From contig CP068257.2 of NCBI GenBank assembly GCA_009914755.4, forward strand, positions 35,872,001 through 35,936,000: a DNA stretch of 64,000 nt, given 5' to 3'. Within the stretch, counting starts at the first letter, position 1, and the number at the start of each line of letters is the position of its first letter. This stretch comes from the human T2T-CHM13v2.0 reference genome, Homo sapiens. The position numbers and the translations under genes are program-made. Shown here piece after piece: positions 1 to 15,989 of this stretch. The notes under the pieces are model-generated. The model saw only the letters and a list, made by a program, of their open reading frames with translations. It was not told the origin of the DNA and made no database searches.

Positions 1-531
1 TGTATTTGCCTAAAGGGTAAAAAAAAAAAAGGCTATCAATGAAAATTGTGACAGAAAATTACCAGTGAAATCTAAAGTTCAGCAGTGCAGATACATTTCA
101 AAGCCTACACAGAGGGCTGCCAACTACAGCATTGTCACAAACCAGAGATCCCAGTAGGTGGAGCTTAGACATAGGAAGTTGTGAGGTAGGGCTCTCGGGA
201 AGTAAAAAGTGCTTTCTTTTATAAATGAAGATAAAATTGCTGAAATATTCTCACTGCTGTTTGTCCATTTGGTCCTTATGTTTTCAGATCTGACTTTTAG
301 AGAAACAAGGCATTTTGGTAGCACTGCTTACCTTATATCACTTACCGACATATGCTGTACCTGTTTAATTCAGCAGAAGAGCAACTTAGATATTCTTAAC
401 TGATTGAAAACTGCTGTTATTACAAAATGCTGATCTCCAAACTTTAACTGAACTCAGCATTTGATGTAATAATGTTATAGAACATTTGAGAGTGCATGTG
501 TTTGTTACTCTCAGTTTATTGGTATATATAA

Positions 532-873
<342 letters not shown>

Positions 874-914
874 TAAATAGAAATTAAATAGAAGTAGGTA
901 GGACAGTGTAGGTA

Positions 915-1005
915 TTAGGTTGGCGCAAAAGTAATTGCGGTTTTTGCCATTGCAGTTGCTGTTTTTGCAGTGGCAAAAACCGCAATTACTTTTGCGCCAA
1001 CCTAA
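915..1005. mobile_element. MADE1, an Hsmar1-derived mariner MITE. It is a 91-bp near-perfect palindrome flanked by a TA target-site duplication.
   Basis: TTAGGTTGGCGCAAAAGTAATTGCGGTTTTTGCCA ... TGGCAAAAACCGCAATTACTTTTGCGCCAACCTAA forms roughly 36-bp inverted arms with a short loop. A TA precedes it at 913-914 and follows it at 1006-1007. It matches the MADE1 consensus as I recall it. Confidence 0.85.
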
Positions 1006-3389
1006 TAGATATTTGAAATGTTAATAAGGTGTATACCATTTAGAGGCAATTACAGGATGCTTATTTATCTTTAAAATGTAGCACTTAATTACCTTGTGTT
1101 GATATCTATTTTGGGGAAATACCTTTTAAAATGCAAATAGCAATACTTTGAGTCAAAAGACATTGATTTTTTTGAAATGGGTATATTTAAAATTGTATGT
1201 ATGCTAAAAGATTAAGGGAGAGAATAGGAGATGGAATGATTAAATATTAGGGGATTTGTAACTATATTTCCCAAGTAAAGGTTTTAGTATAAATTTTGGG
1301 ACTTTCCAGTACTAGAACATTGAATCTTTGCTGTAAAATACTTCTCTGAAGATGGATCAAGATAAATCTTTTTTCTCAAAAACTGATGGTTCAAAAAAAT
1401 GCAGGTAATTTTGCATTAGTCATGGTATAAGTATAGAAAATTCAGTTGATAGACTTACTTGTTTTGATAAATAAGTTTGTCTTATTTTCCCCACTCTTAT
1501 TTAAAATTTACATAAATTCTGACACATATCCAAGCTGGTTTTTTTCAGACTGCTAAAAACAGATGTGTTCGTAGTGCTGATAAGTTTAGCTGATTTAGGA
1601 AAGCAGTTTTTTCCTGTCATTCTTCCAGCATTATGAAAACTACTCTAACAGCATTGTTTTATGTATAAAATAGAAGTGATAGGGGTCTCCTCTTGAAAGG
1701 AATTAGTGTCACCATTTGATAATATTTTACTCATTTTAAGCACTATTCTTTTTGCTTTAAGTATTGAAACTATATTTCTTCTGTTTTAAAGAAACCCGGC
1801 TAACATACAGATGTTAATTTTTCTTACTGACTTTTCTGTTTCTTATTTTTCCAAATTAGTGAAATTTTCTGTCCCGTCCTACTTTTGTCCAGGTTTTAAC
1901 TATAACAGATTAATTTAATCATAAGGATTTATAGCCAATTAATAGGACTGTCTTTTTGTTATTTTCTGCAACTTCTCATGGTAGTGAGGCTATCAAATGT
2001 TAAAGTAATTTTTAAAAATTGGAGTAGGGAGCAAAGTTTGCAGTTTTAGATGCCTTCAAAAAATCAAGAGATGCTCGTAGTTAATATGTGGTAGAGTATA
2101 TTGTGAATGAAAAATACATGCCCATCTTGACAGTAATTTGAATAGATTATAGAGTTGGGAAAATTTCCCCCTATTTAAGCCAAATTATGTATTTTGTCCT
2201 AATATTAAACATTATTATTTCTGTCTAGCCAAAATGAGCCAGTTATCCCTACAATAAGTTTTTAACTATTCAAGTTCATTGGCATCACATGGGAAGTTAT
2301 TTCTAAAATAGACCTGCAGTGGTCCTGCCCCTAGATCTGTTGGATTAGAATCAGAAGGTGGTAGGGCAAGTGTGTTTTGGGGAAAGCAACTGCTTTAAAC
2401 AAATTAGATAGGGAGGTGACAAAGTTCTTGGCATAAGCTGTGAAATAAAAGTCTCAGGAGTGGTGAGTGTTTGGGCCTAGGGAGTTAACAATGGTATTGG
2501 CTTATAAAAACCATGGAAATGTAATACTTCTTCCCAGTTCTTTTAAATTAGACTTTCTTCTCATAGTTCCTTAAGGTTGGTTGACCTACCTGTGGAGGCC
2601 TGAGATTGTTCTCGAAGACTTGGCTGGAGGTTTCAGTGGGAACCACAGAAAATTTCATGAGCTTTCTGGCTGCATGGTTTGGGTGTTAGGAAATTTAGTT
2701 AGGATTTTATTTCTTTTCCACTTTTAATAAGTGAAACAAATTGGTCTCTGAAGACATCCTAACATTACTTCATTGAAAATAGTCCATTTCAGGATTGTCT
2801 TTCTATAAGAAGTCTTGGATGGAGGTAGAGAGAGAAGATGAGAGAAGAAGCTATTGGTCAGAGACAGCTCTCAATTGAATCTTTATGTGGCAGTGTTTCT
2901 GGGATTTATCTGTGAGACAGCAAGAGTACAAATATCTGAATTTTAAATTATATTATATTGAAGTTACTTGACTTTTAACGCTGAGAAATACATTGTTTGG
3001 GTTAATTTAAATACTATTTAGTTGTAAAGTTAGTGGTAAACTAAGTGCCAGCCATAGTAGGAAGAAATAATTATTAGGGAAATACATTGCTTTCAATAGT
3101 GTTTTTTTTTTCCTAGTGAGGCATAATTGTTTTAAGAAATATCATGATGACTAGGTAGGATTAGACTAAATGAAAGGGCTTGAATCTTTACGTATTATGC
3201 ATTTCACAGTCAGATTAACCAATCCCTCAAAATGTTTAGTTCTTTAAGCCGTATTCGTAGTCTAATGTTGAAGTTAATCAATGGAACCCTAATTCAGGAA
3301 TTAGCCAATTCTTTTCTGTTAATATCAGATCAATGTTTTTAATCCAATGCTGACTGCAGTTTTAAGCAATTGAAGTAATACTATTTTGA

Positions 3390-3620
<231 letters not shown>

Positions 3621-4316
3621 TAAAAGTTGTTTTTAGGCAAAGATGTCTACTTAATCATTCAAATGTGAGGTCAGTTTGAATATACCTATTTTTCATATTT
3701 GTCAGTTGTCATGTAAGTTTAGAATTATGAGATAGGAGTAGGATATTTTAATCTACTCATGAAGGAGAACAGTTAGAAAGTGTTAAGTATTTTGGCATAC
3801 ATTTTACAGGTTTTAAATACAATACAGAAAGCTTAAAGATGATAAAGAATGAAGGCCATCCTGAAGAGTGATACAAACATCACTCTAAATTTTGAGATTA
3901 TGATTTGGAGTTGAAGAGTAATGATCAGTAGGACTGATGGATACTCAGTCTGAATAATGTAGAGTAAACGAGATTATAGACTTGTAGGGCTACAGAGACT
4001 GTGTGCAGTTCTGAAGTCTACAGGTTTTCAGTCTGTGTTCTGGAAGGTTTTTCAAGGTCAGAGGCAGTGAATGGGAGGGCAGGGACAGGCCTTAACTTCC
4101 CTGCAGTCAGAGAAATTAGACTTTCATTGTTTTAAAAACTACACCTGTGGGGTTTTGTTTGTTTTTTAAAAGAAAAATTGACAATTTGCACGTCTTGATC
4201 AGTCTATTTATAAATGAGAAGAGAAAGGCCAAAGGCATTAATGACTTGTACCGGATTACACAGCTGTTAATAGGTGGTGTCAGAAACTTGTTTCTTCCAT
4301 CCTTCCTTTTAATTCT

Positions 4317-4577
4317 TCTTTTTTTTTTTTTTTTTTTTTTTCCCGGAGATGGAGTCTTGCTCTGTCACTCAGGCTGGAGTATAGTGGGGCAATCTTGGCT
4401 CCCGAGTAGCTGGAATTACAGGCAAGCGCCACTATGCCTGGCTAATATTTGGATTTTTACTAGAGTTGATGTTTCACCATGTTGGCCAGGCTGCTCTCGA
4501 ACTCCTGACCTCAAGTGGTCTGCCCGTCTCAGCCTCCCAAAGTGCTGAGATTACAGGCGTGAGCCACTGTGCCCAGC
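4317..4577 (-). mobile_element. Alu SINE, antisense, with an internal deletion of about 40 bp. The TSD is cttttaattc.
   Basis: A 5' poly-T is followed by an Alu body reading ...cctcccaaagtgctgagattacaggcgtgagccactgtgcccagcc. The direct repeat ccttttaattc occurs on both flanks. Confidence 0.85.
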
Positions 4578-5053
4578 CCCTTTTAATTCATTTCAACTTG
4601 AACTGGTGAGCTACTCTTTTATAGTAACTGTCATAGTTTGTTTTTTTTTTTAGTATAAATCTTACTGTGTAAATTAGTATCTTTCTTGGGCTTAAACAAT
4701 ATTAAAAAAACTTTGCCATGTTACTCATTGTAAAGGCCGAGGTCCTTTGAGTAACCCACAGATTCCTACTTCCTCTGATGCCAGTTCTCTCACCACCACC
4801 TGGTCTCTCCTTCTCCCCTCACTCTGTGGTCCCTTGAAAACGCCAGCTACAGGCCCATAGCCCTTTGTATTTCTTCCTTCCTGTGCCTAAAATGCTCTTT
4901 TCTGAGATACTCCTTTGCTGATGTTAGTGTTTGCTCTGATGTCACATTCTCGGTGAAACCATATACCCCACTTACGGTTGCAGTACCCCTTCTCCTCATC
5001 CCATAGTTCTTAGCCAGCATCTGACATCATGTATTTAATTATTTATTGATAAT

Positions 5054-5347
5054 GCCGGGCGCAGTGGCTCACACCTGTAGTCGCAGCACTTTGGGAGGCT
5101 GAAGCAGGCAGATCACTTGAGGTCAGGAGTTCGAGACTGGCCCTGCCAATATGGTGAAACCCCGTCTCTACTAAAAATAGAAAAATTAGCCTAGTGTGGT
5201 GTTGCGTGCCTGTAATCCCAGTTACTTGGGAGGCTGAGGCAGGAGAATGGCTTGAACCCAGGAGGCAGAGCTTGCAGTGAGCCGAGATCACGCCACTGCC
5301 CTCTAGCTTGGGAGACAGAACAAGACTCCATTAAAAAAAAAAAAAAT
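5054..5347 (+). mobile_element. Full-length Alu SINE, sense orientation, with a poly-A tail.
   Basis: It runs from gccgggcgcagtggctcacacctgtagtc to a 3' A-run at 5333-5347. Confidence 0.85.
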
Positions 5348-5534
5348 TGTGTGTTTGTGTGTATATGTATTTGCTGTCTTCCCACTATAACATAAACTTC
5401 TTTTTGGCAGGAATTTTTATGTTTTGTTTATTATTTTCTACCACTGAATATGGTTCTTAGCATATAATAGGCACACTCATTTAAAGTACTTAAAAAAGTA
5501 CTTTATTAGGTCCATACTTTATTAAGCCTCTGGG

Positions 5535-5538
<4 letters not shown>

Positions 5539-5586
<48 letters not shown>
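5539..5586. repeat. (TG)24 dinucleotide microsatellite.
   Basis: There are 48 bp of uninterrupted tg repeats. Confidence 0.95.
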
Positions 5587-5587
<1 letters not shown>

Positions 5588-5610
5588 TTATTTAACATGC
5601 TCTGAAAACT

Positions 5611-6194
<584 letters not shown>

Positions 6195-6465
6195 TTTTTT
6201 AATAAAATTCTCCCAAAACAGAAACTTTAAAACTTCCTCTCATCTTTCCTTACTGTTCAACATTGTATCCATGGCTACCTGACATAATATGTTTGTTAAT
6301 TGACTGTCTTCCCTTCTGTGGGGTATTTGACTCAAGGAAGGTAGGGCCTTTCTTGTGTTTGTTCATTACTGTATGCTGGATGTCTAGAGGAGTGCCAGAC
6401 ACACAGGAGGTGTGCAATTTATTTATGAATGAATGACTTGATGAGCAGGAGTAGATGTACAGTAG

Positions 6466-6648
<183 letters not shown>

Positions 6649-9600
6649 TAAGGATATATCTGTTTTGAGCCTTTATTAAATTTCTTTATCATACCTGTCT
6701 TTTTATAGCTCATTTTGCATTTACTTGAAATCAGTGTGTTTCAGTTAACGATTTTATTGATACCTTACATAGATATTTTGTTCAGAAGTTGAGTATAGTT
6801 TGACCTGAACTATCAGGTATGGACCAGTGTTTGATTAATGGTCAGAGTTATCTTTAAAACTTCATATTAAAAACTGTATGCCTGCATTTTGAGGCAGCTG
6901 ATCACATCACCATACTTGGTTTCAACAGTAGAATTAATAAATTTGATCTTTGTTTCTCACAGCTTGGGCATGTAATGAGGTCACAGTTAATACTGCAGCT
7001 GTGAACAGAAGTCACAATTGGAGTAAATGATTTTTTTTTTTTAAGTTCAGTTGGTAAATTATGTCAGAAGATGATTTTTGGCTTAAGTAGTATGTGATTT
7101 TTTTCCAAGGATATTAACTGACTAGATGGTCCTTTGATAGACTTCAGATTCCTAGCTCATTGACTTGGATAGCAAAAATTTCACATCTCCAAAATCTTTT
7201 AAAGTGAGGTTTTTAAAACATTTGGTTTGTTTTAGTAATTTTCTTTTATCTGAGGACTTTTTAAAAGATACCTAAACTATGTCAGTTTAATAGAGTAAAT
7301 GATGCCAATTTTGCATCTTGATTTTTTACTTTTGTTTTATAGATCTGTAAATAATCATGTTTTGTAATTTACTTTGGTCCTAGTATTGAATGAATGTAAT
7401 GTATAAATATGTGATTGAATATGACCCCCACACACACATGTACATACAGAAGTCACCTTGAGATCATAGTTTTGCATTTTATAACATTTAAGAGTTTATT
7501 TTTGTTTCAGTTATTATTTTGCCTTGTATTTTAGCGACGCTGCCACCAGGTGTCATTTTCAGTGAACTGAAGATGATGGTTGATCGCCTTAATTCACCTC
7601 CACACAGCTATGGAGTCATAACTTTTAATATCAGATGATTTTCTTTAGAATATTTAAAAGCACATACGTAGTTGTATCTTTCAAAACTGATTTGTAAGTT
7701 CTTGTGTTCTGCCATATTCACTAAAGCTATAGGCAGTGCAGTTTCCAGCTGCTAAATTATGCCTATTCCCCATAAGGAAAGGATGGAAAATGCCATCGAG
7801 ACCTCCTGGGCTCTTGTTTTTTCTTTACCCACATAGCTCATTAATCGTGGCCCATTTTCCATGTAACCAAAAACTTAGTCTGGGAATCCTTACTAGCTTC
7901 ACCAGCATTTAAAGGCGTTCCTACCAGTTTGAATTAGCATGGAGAGGAAATTAAATCTTTTTTATGTTGTCTCTCTCTGTGATACAGGCTGCTGCTTTCT
8001 CCATTTCAGATTGATTTATTTATATTTTGCTTCTGCTATTTTTTTTCCTCAATAAAACATCCCATTCCATCTCCTAAATCTCTGCCTTACAAAAACCACA
8101 GTGACCTATCATTTCTTTCAAATTGATCTATAGGTATTACTATTTTTAGTTATTTGGGGTGGGGGCATTTCAGAAATGAGTAGATTGTCTTTTCCCTTTT
8201 AAAATTGGAAGTGGATATCTTAACATACATTTAATACATGTGAATTAACTAGATTTTTATGAGATTTATTTTAGTCGCACTTAGCAATTGACTTAAGCAA
8301 CTTAATTTTTAAAAATATGAAATAATTATTTTGCTTTTAAGAGATAAATTTTGTAACAAAAAGTCAAATTCATAATCAAATAATTACATTACAAATGGTA
8401 CACTAAGAATTTTGACTAGAGATACAAATAGATGTGCATATACTTTCATTGGCTATCTCTTTGTGGTTTGTTTACTGATTTTATTTTTACTTTTAATTTT
8501 TCATTTTACATTTCAAAAGCCCCATATTAGGGTTTTCCAATAATGAAATAAATACTATATATTTTTTTCCTGGTGGAGGTGCAGAATGAAGAAGACAATA
8601 AATGATGCTTTTTTTGAAGTACAGTTTATATAAGATACATATTTTAAGTGTTGAGTTTGTTTTCACCTTTGTGTACAGCAGTGTCCCCCATCTAAACCAA
8701 TATGAAAGATTTCTATCATTCCAAATCCTCTTGTGACCTTTTCTGTTATCCCACTACTTTCTGATTTCTATCATCAAAGACTAGCTTTGCTTTTTCATTG
8801 GCAAACTTAGTATAATTGGAGCCTTATAGTATTTATTGTTTAGTTTTGGGTTTTCTTCACTCAGCAAATGTATTGTTTTTGGAAAATCATCAATATTGTA
8901 TGTCTCAGGAATTAATTTTTTTTTATTGCTTCAACATATTTCATTGAATGAACATGCCATAATTTATATTCACCTGTCAGTGGTCATTTGGTTTGTTCCC
9001 AGTTTGGGACTATTATGAATAAGGCTGCAGGGAACAGTCTTTTATACATATGTTTTCATCTCTCTGACAGCACAGTCTAAGAGTAGAATTGCCAGGTCAT
9101 GGGGTATGTGTTTACCTTCACAAGAAAACACCAGTTCTCCAAAGTTGTTTTATTTTATATTCCCATGATGTATGAGGGTTCCAGTTGCGTGACATCCTCA
9201 CCATTTTGTATGGTTTGTCTGTTGGGTTTTAGCCATTCTGTAGTGGATATGTAGTGGTTTGCATTTGCATTTCTTCATGGCTAATACCACCTTTTCATAT
9301 GCTTATTAGCCTTTCATACATATTCTTTGTCACAGGTCTTTCCCATCTTTTGCTTGTGTTACTGGGTTGTTTAATAATTGAGTAGTCCTTTGTCATTAAG
9401 TTTTTTGTCACATGTATGTCAGTGTATTTCCCTAGACTGTGGCTTTGCCTTTTCCTTTCTTAATATGGTATCTTTTGATGAATAGGGAGTTTTAATATTG
9501 ATGAAGTTGTATTTGTCAACTTTTTTTGTTTGGTACTTTTTTTATCCTGAAAAATCTTTGCCATCTCCAAGTTTGTGAAGATATTCTGTGTTTTCTTCTA

Positions 9601-10181
9601 AAAGTTTTTTATTTTTATTTTTTAGTCTGCTTTTACAGTTAGGATTCTGTGGTCCATCTTGAATTAATTTTTGAGCGTGGAACAGGGTGAAGGGGTTGAA
9701 GTTCATTTTCTTCCATATGCTTACCTAGTAGTTACAGCAGCATTTGCTGAAAGCAATTACTTTACCCTGTTGATATGTTTTCTATTCTAGGTCCTTTCTT
9801 TTCACATATGGATTTTTAGAATCAGCTTGTAAATTTCTACCAAAAAAATGGTGCTAGCATTTTGATTTGGGTTGCAGTTGGGATTGCATTCAGGAAAATG
9901 GACATCTTAACAATATTAAGTCTTCCACTCTGTAAAGATGGGTTATCTCTCCATTTATTTAGGGCTTAAAATCTCTCAGCAGTGTTTTATAGTTTTTAAT
10001 GCAGAAGTCTTACATATTTTGTTCACTTTATTCCTTAGTTTTTAATTTTTTAGATGCTATTTTAAATGGCATTTAAAATGTATAATTTCATAATTTTTCA
10101 TTTTTGGTATACAGAAATACAACTGATTTTTGTATATTGATTTTGTATCCTAAGACCTTGCTAAATTCACCTATTCTAGTA

Positions 10182-10465
10182 CAGTTGACCCTTGAACAAT
10201 ACAGGTTTGAACTGCACAGGTCCACTTGTATGCACATTTTTTTCTGACAAATAGAGTCAGCCCTCTGTATCTGAAGGTTCCACATCTGCAGTCAAATGTG
10301 GATCAAAAATACAGTATTCCCTGGATGTGAAACCTGTGTATGAGGGCCAACTTTTCACATATGTGGGTTCCGCATGGCCTCCTTGTGGAGCTTGAGTATG
10401 TGTGGATTTCAGCATATTTGGGGGGGTCCTGGAACCAACCCCCTGCGTATACTGAGGGATGACTG
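10182..10465. mobile_element. MER2/Tigger-type non-autonomous DNA transposon (MITE) of about 284 bp with a TA target-site duplication, nested inside the L1.
   Basis: The termini CAGTTGACCCTTGAACAA... and ...GAGGGATGACTG are imperfect inverted repeats, with a TA on each side. It contains an internal ggtcctggaaccaaccccc motif typical of Tigger-family ends. The family assignment is from memory. Confidence 0.5.
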
Positions 10466-11506
10466 TATTTTTGTTGTTGAAATTTGATAGGGCTTTGTAC
10501 TTAAACAGTCTTAATGCTCCATGAATGAAGACAGTTTTGTTTTTTCAACTGTATGTCTTTTTTGCTTTTTTAATATCATGAGTGGGTTTTGAATATTGTC
10601 ATGTTTTTTCTGCACGTATAGAGATCATCATATGATTTTTCTCCTGTTTTGTGGTAAAATGCATTAATTTTTTGAATGTTAAGCCCCACCCTGTGATAAC
10701 CTACACTTGGCCTTGATATACTATTCCCTTATATATATTGCTCAGTTCAATTTGCTAATCTCTTGGTAAGGAATTTTGTTTCTATGTCATTAATGGATAT
10801 TTGCATAACATTTTATTAATAAAACCATCATTGGGGTTTGATTTTAGGATTGTGCTGGACTTGTGAAACTATTAGGAAATATTTTTTCTTGATTTTCTGA
10901 AAAAATTTGTATATGATTGGTTGGCATTATTTCTTTTGTGATGTTTAGTAGAGGTCATTGATGAAACCTTCAGAACCTGCGACATTTTTTGTTAGAAGGT
11001 TATTTAATTATAATTTATGTTTTTTGATGAAAATATGGTTATCCAAATTTTTTTTAAGTTAGTTTTGGTAAGTTGTATCTTTCAAGAAACTTTTCTTTCT
11101 CATCTAAATTGTTGAATTTGTTGGCGTAAACTTATCAATAATATTTTACTATAATTTTTTTTTAATATCTAGAGAATCTGTAGTGATAGTCTCTCTTTTA
11201 TTCCTGATATTGGCCATTTGTACTTTCTGTTTTTTCCGCAAGTAGTCTTGCCTCAGGGTTGATCAAGTTTATTAATCTTTGCAGACAACCAGCTTTTGAC
11301 TTTGTTGATTTCTTTTTTTTTTCTTTTCTTTTTCTATTCTTGATCTAGTTTCTATTCTGTTTTTTGCTCTTCATTATGTCCATTTACTTGGGTTGAATTT
11401 ACTCCTTTTCCAGCTTCTTAAAGGTGGAAACTAGATCATTAATTTTTAAGCCTCTTTGCTACTATAGAATTTAATGGTATAAATTTCCCTCCAAGCACTG
11501 CTTTAG

Positions 11507-11850
<344 letters not shown>

Positions 11851-13811
11851 ACTTTTTATATGTTTTAACAGTCATTCTGAAATGTTTCTAACTTGTGATT
11901 TCTTCTTTAACCTGTCATTAGAATTTTGTTACATAATTTCAAAATATTTGAGGATTTTCTAGATGTCTTATTGAGTTCTAGTTTAGTAGCAGTTTGGTCA
12001 CAGAACGTGATTTTAGTCCTTTAAAATCGAGACTTGTTTTATGGCCTAGCATCTAATGTGTCTTTGTGAATGTTTTATGTGTGCTTGATAAGAATTGTAT
12101 TTTGTGTTTGTTTGGCGTAGTGGTCTCCAGCTATCAATGTAGATCAAATTGTTTGATATTTTTCTTCATATCTTTTATATCTTTGTGTGTATTTGTGTAT
12201 ATTCTGTCAGTAATTGAGAGAAGAGTCTTCATTGATAAGTTTGGATTTGTCTTAGACTCCCTTTGTAACATTGCTTTATGGTTTTTGAAGCTTTGTTAAT
12301 AGGTATATGCATGTTTGATATTGTTACGACTTATTGATAAATTGACCCTTTTATCATCCTGAAATGTCCCTCTTTGTCTCTAGTCATGTTTGTCTTTAAG
12401 TCTGCTTTGTCCGATATCACTATAGTCTTACCAGTGTTCTTATTCTTGATATTTTCATGGTGTGTGTGTGTAGATATGAAAGATATGAAGAAAAATATGC
12501 AACATGTGTAGACACACACACACACACTTTTACCCTTTTACTGTAAACCTGTGCCTACCTTTATATTTAAAGAATTATTTTTGTGTTGTGTGCAACATAT
12601 GATCAAGTCGTTTTTTTAATCTAGTCTGTTAGTGGTTAACCCATTATTCAGAGTTTTGGGTTTAAGACTTGTCTTATTTGTGTTCTGTTTGTCTTTCCTG
12701 TTCTTTGTTTCCTATTCCTTCTTTCCTGCCTTTTGCGGGGAGGTTTGTTGAATACTTTTTGGCATTTTATTTTATCTCTTGTACTGATTTTTTTACTTAT
12801 TCCTCTATGTGTCATGTTTAGTGTTCCTTTTATAATATGCACGTTTAACATTAGTTTACCTTCAAATAATAATATATTGCTTGTTAAACAGTGTGATAAC
12901 CATGTGATTCTATCTACCTCTTGTGCACTTGTTGTATTACTTTTGCATGTTATAAACCTCACAACACATTGTTGGCTGTTTAAATAAAAAATAGATTTAA
13001 CACAAAAAAGAAATTTAAAAAGACATAAAATAAGGATAATAGATCTTTTATATTTATCCTTATATTTGCTCTTTTCTGGTGTTATTCATTCCTTTTTGCA
13101 ATTCCTAGCTTCCATCTGGTATTATTTCTTCAGCCTCAAGACCTTCCTTTAACTTTTATTTTGTAATGAATAAGCTATCCCGATAAATTCTCTCAGCAGG
13201 TGTTGATCTGAAAATACTTGTTTACCTTTATTTTTTGGAAGATATTTTCAGTGAATATAGAATTATAGATTAACTTCTTTCTTTCAGTGAAAGAAAAAGA
13301 TGTTACGATATAGCTTAAAGATGTATTGACTTTTTTTCTGGATTACACTGTTTCGGTAGAGAAGTCAGTGGTTATTCTTAGCATTGTTCCCCTGCATATA
13401 ATATTTTCCCCCTCTTCCCTCTGGCTGATTTTAATATTTTCTCTTTGTTTGATTTCCGCAGTTTGACTATTTACCTAGGTATGATTTTCTTTGTATTTTT
13501 TCTCCTGGGAGTTCACTGAGTTTCTTGGATCTGTGGGTTGATCTCTATCATCAGTTTTTGAAAATCCTCAGATACAGTCTTGCCAAATATTTGTTCTGCT
13601 TTCGTCTTTCTTCTAGTTCTCCAGTGATGTGTATGTTACAGTGCTGAATATTATCCCAGAGGTCTCTGTCTGGTTTATTCATTCTGTTTTCTGTTTGTGT
13701 TTTTAATTTGGATAATTTCTTTTTCTGTCTTCTTGTTCACTGATTTCTTTTTTTTCCTTGTGCTGAGTCCAGTCTGTTGTTGAATCCATTAAATGGATTC
13801 ATGTGATGTTA

Positions 13812-14086
13812 TTGTTATTTTTGAGACAGGTTCTCACTCTGTCACCCAGGCTAGAGTGCAATGGTGTGATCATGGCTGATTACAGCCTTGACTTCCTTGG
13901 CTCAAGCAGTTCTTCTACCTCAGCCTCCCAAGAAGCTCGGACTACAGGAGTGGTGCAACCACCATACCCAGCTATTAAAATTTTTTGTAGGAACGGGGTC
14001 TGGCTATGTTGCCTTGGCTGGTCTTGAACTCCTGGACTCAAGCAGTCTTCCCACCTCAACCTGGGTGTAGAGACATGAGCCCAGCC
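13812..14086 (-). mobile_element. Alu SINE, antisense, older and more diverged.
   Basis: It runs from tttttgagacaggttctcactctgtcacccaggctagagtgcaatggtg to ...gacatgagcccagcc. Confidence 0.8.
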
Positions 14087-15611
14087 TATATTTTTTAGTT
14101 CTAGCATTTCTATTTTGTTTTAAATATAGTTTTTCTCTTCTGAAATTCTACATCTATTCATATGTTGTCCACTTTTGAACTAAATTGTTTATCATAATTT
14201 ATCAGAAGTAATTTATCATAATTATTTTAAAGTTCCAGTCTGCTATTTTCAACATCTGCACCATTTATTTATGTGTATCTTCTATTGGGTTTTTTTCTTT
14301 CATGTGATTGTGGACGTCATTTTTAAAAAATGTTTGTAATTTTTAAATGTGTGACAAATTTTCTTTGCTTAAGAACAGTTAAAGATGGAAGTGAGTCATA
14401 TTTTCCCTCAGAAAGAGGCCTCTCAACTCTGTCAGGCCCCTCATGTGGGGCTGAGTTGATCTCTTTTGTAGCTTAGCTGACTCTGGGCTTTGCTTGTTTG
14501 ACTTAGATTCTACTCCCCACTGTTTTCATATGTTTTGAGCTGGGATCAGGACATTCCCTTCAGCAGTGTTTGTGTCTTTAGAATCAGGGAAAATCTAGTG
14601 GTCTCTATACATTACTGCCCAGTCAGCAGCCCCACTCCTAACTCTCTGTGCCTGGGAGATCGCCTTCCTCCTGCTGTACTGCCCCATCCTTCTGTCTGTC
14701 CACTCCTGGCCGTCAGAAGTTGGTTCAGACTTGGGCTGGAGTCTTCTCGCTCATCTGTGGCTTACTTGCGCCTTCTCCCACTGCAGGTCTCTTCCAGGAG
14801 AGGCTTTTCATTTTGTAGAATTCAGGAGATTTTTGTTCCAACTTTGGATCCTCATACAGCTCTCTGATGGGTCTTTAAAAGGCAGTGATTTTATGACTTA
14901 TTAGAGGAGGAACAATCATCTCACACATTTCTGCATTGTAACAGAAGTCAAAGTCTGGTGATGCTATTCTTAAATTCAATATTTATAGAGATCTTGAGGG
15001 TTATAGTATTATCTGTCAAAAATGAGTTTTCAGGAAATCTCAACACACGTTAGTTTATTATTACATAGATTTTCTAAAGGGAAGCATACATAATTTTCTC
15101 TTTTTCTACCATGAGCAGGTAGGGTTAGGCCAGTGCCTTTTTATGTAGAACATCCTTGGTGTCATTGCCATAGCTTTCTTGGGCTGCTGTTGCTGAAGGA
15201 AGTGTAACAGGTGCTGCGGGTGCACAGTTAGGTAGGAAAGAGGCTCCCAGCCAGGGTGAGCAGGGGCATGCATGTTCTCTGTAAAAGATGAGAGAAAATG
15301 CTTTTAGCCTTGTGGACCTCTGTTGCATATTTTTTGTTTTTGGTTGCTTGTTTTTACAACCTTTGAAAACAGAAAAACCATTTGTAGCTGGAGCTGTAGA
15401 AAACCAGGCTCTGGATCAGGCCATAGTTTACTGACCCCTGGGCTAAATGATCTTTATAGCCATTTTTGGTCTCAGAATTAATGTTGAACTGTAACTACCA
15501 TGCATTTGGGATAGTAATGTGTGAAAAGGCAGAGGATTTAACTATGAAGTGTCCTTTTTAATAAAGGCCTCAACATATATATTTAAACATATTTGAAATT
15601 CAATTATGTGA

Positions 15612-15989
<378 letters not shown>

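Noticed and set aside
4147-4548. 133-aa ORF on the + strand, representative of about 40 track ORFs whose peptides contain motifs such as [28 protein letters not shown] or [10 protein letters not shown].
   Set aside because: These are stereotyped translations of Alu elements in various frames and orientations. Each overlaps an Alu called above and has no coding significance.
12462-12528. (GT)7 and (CA)7 short runs in inverted arrangement around agatatgaaagatatgaag.
   Set aside because: The runs are very short and embedded in diverged L1 sequence. This is most likely a coincidental simple sequence and not a functional hairpin.
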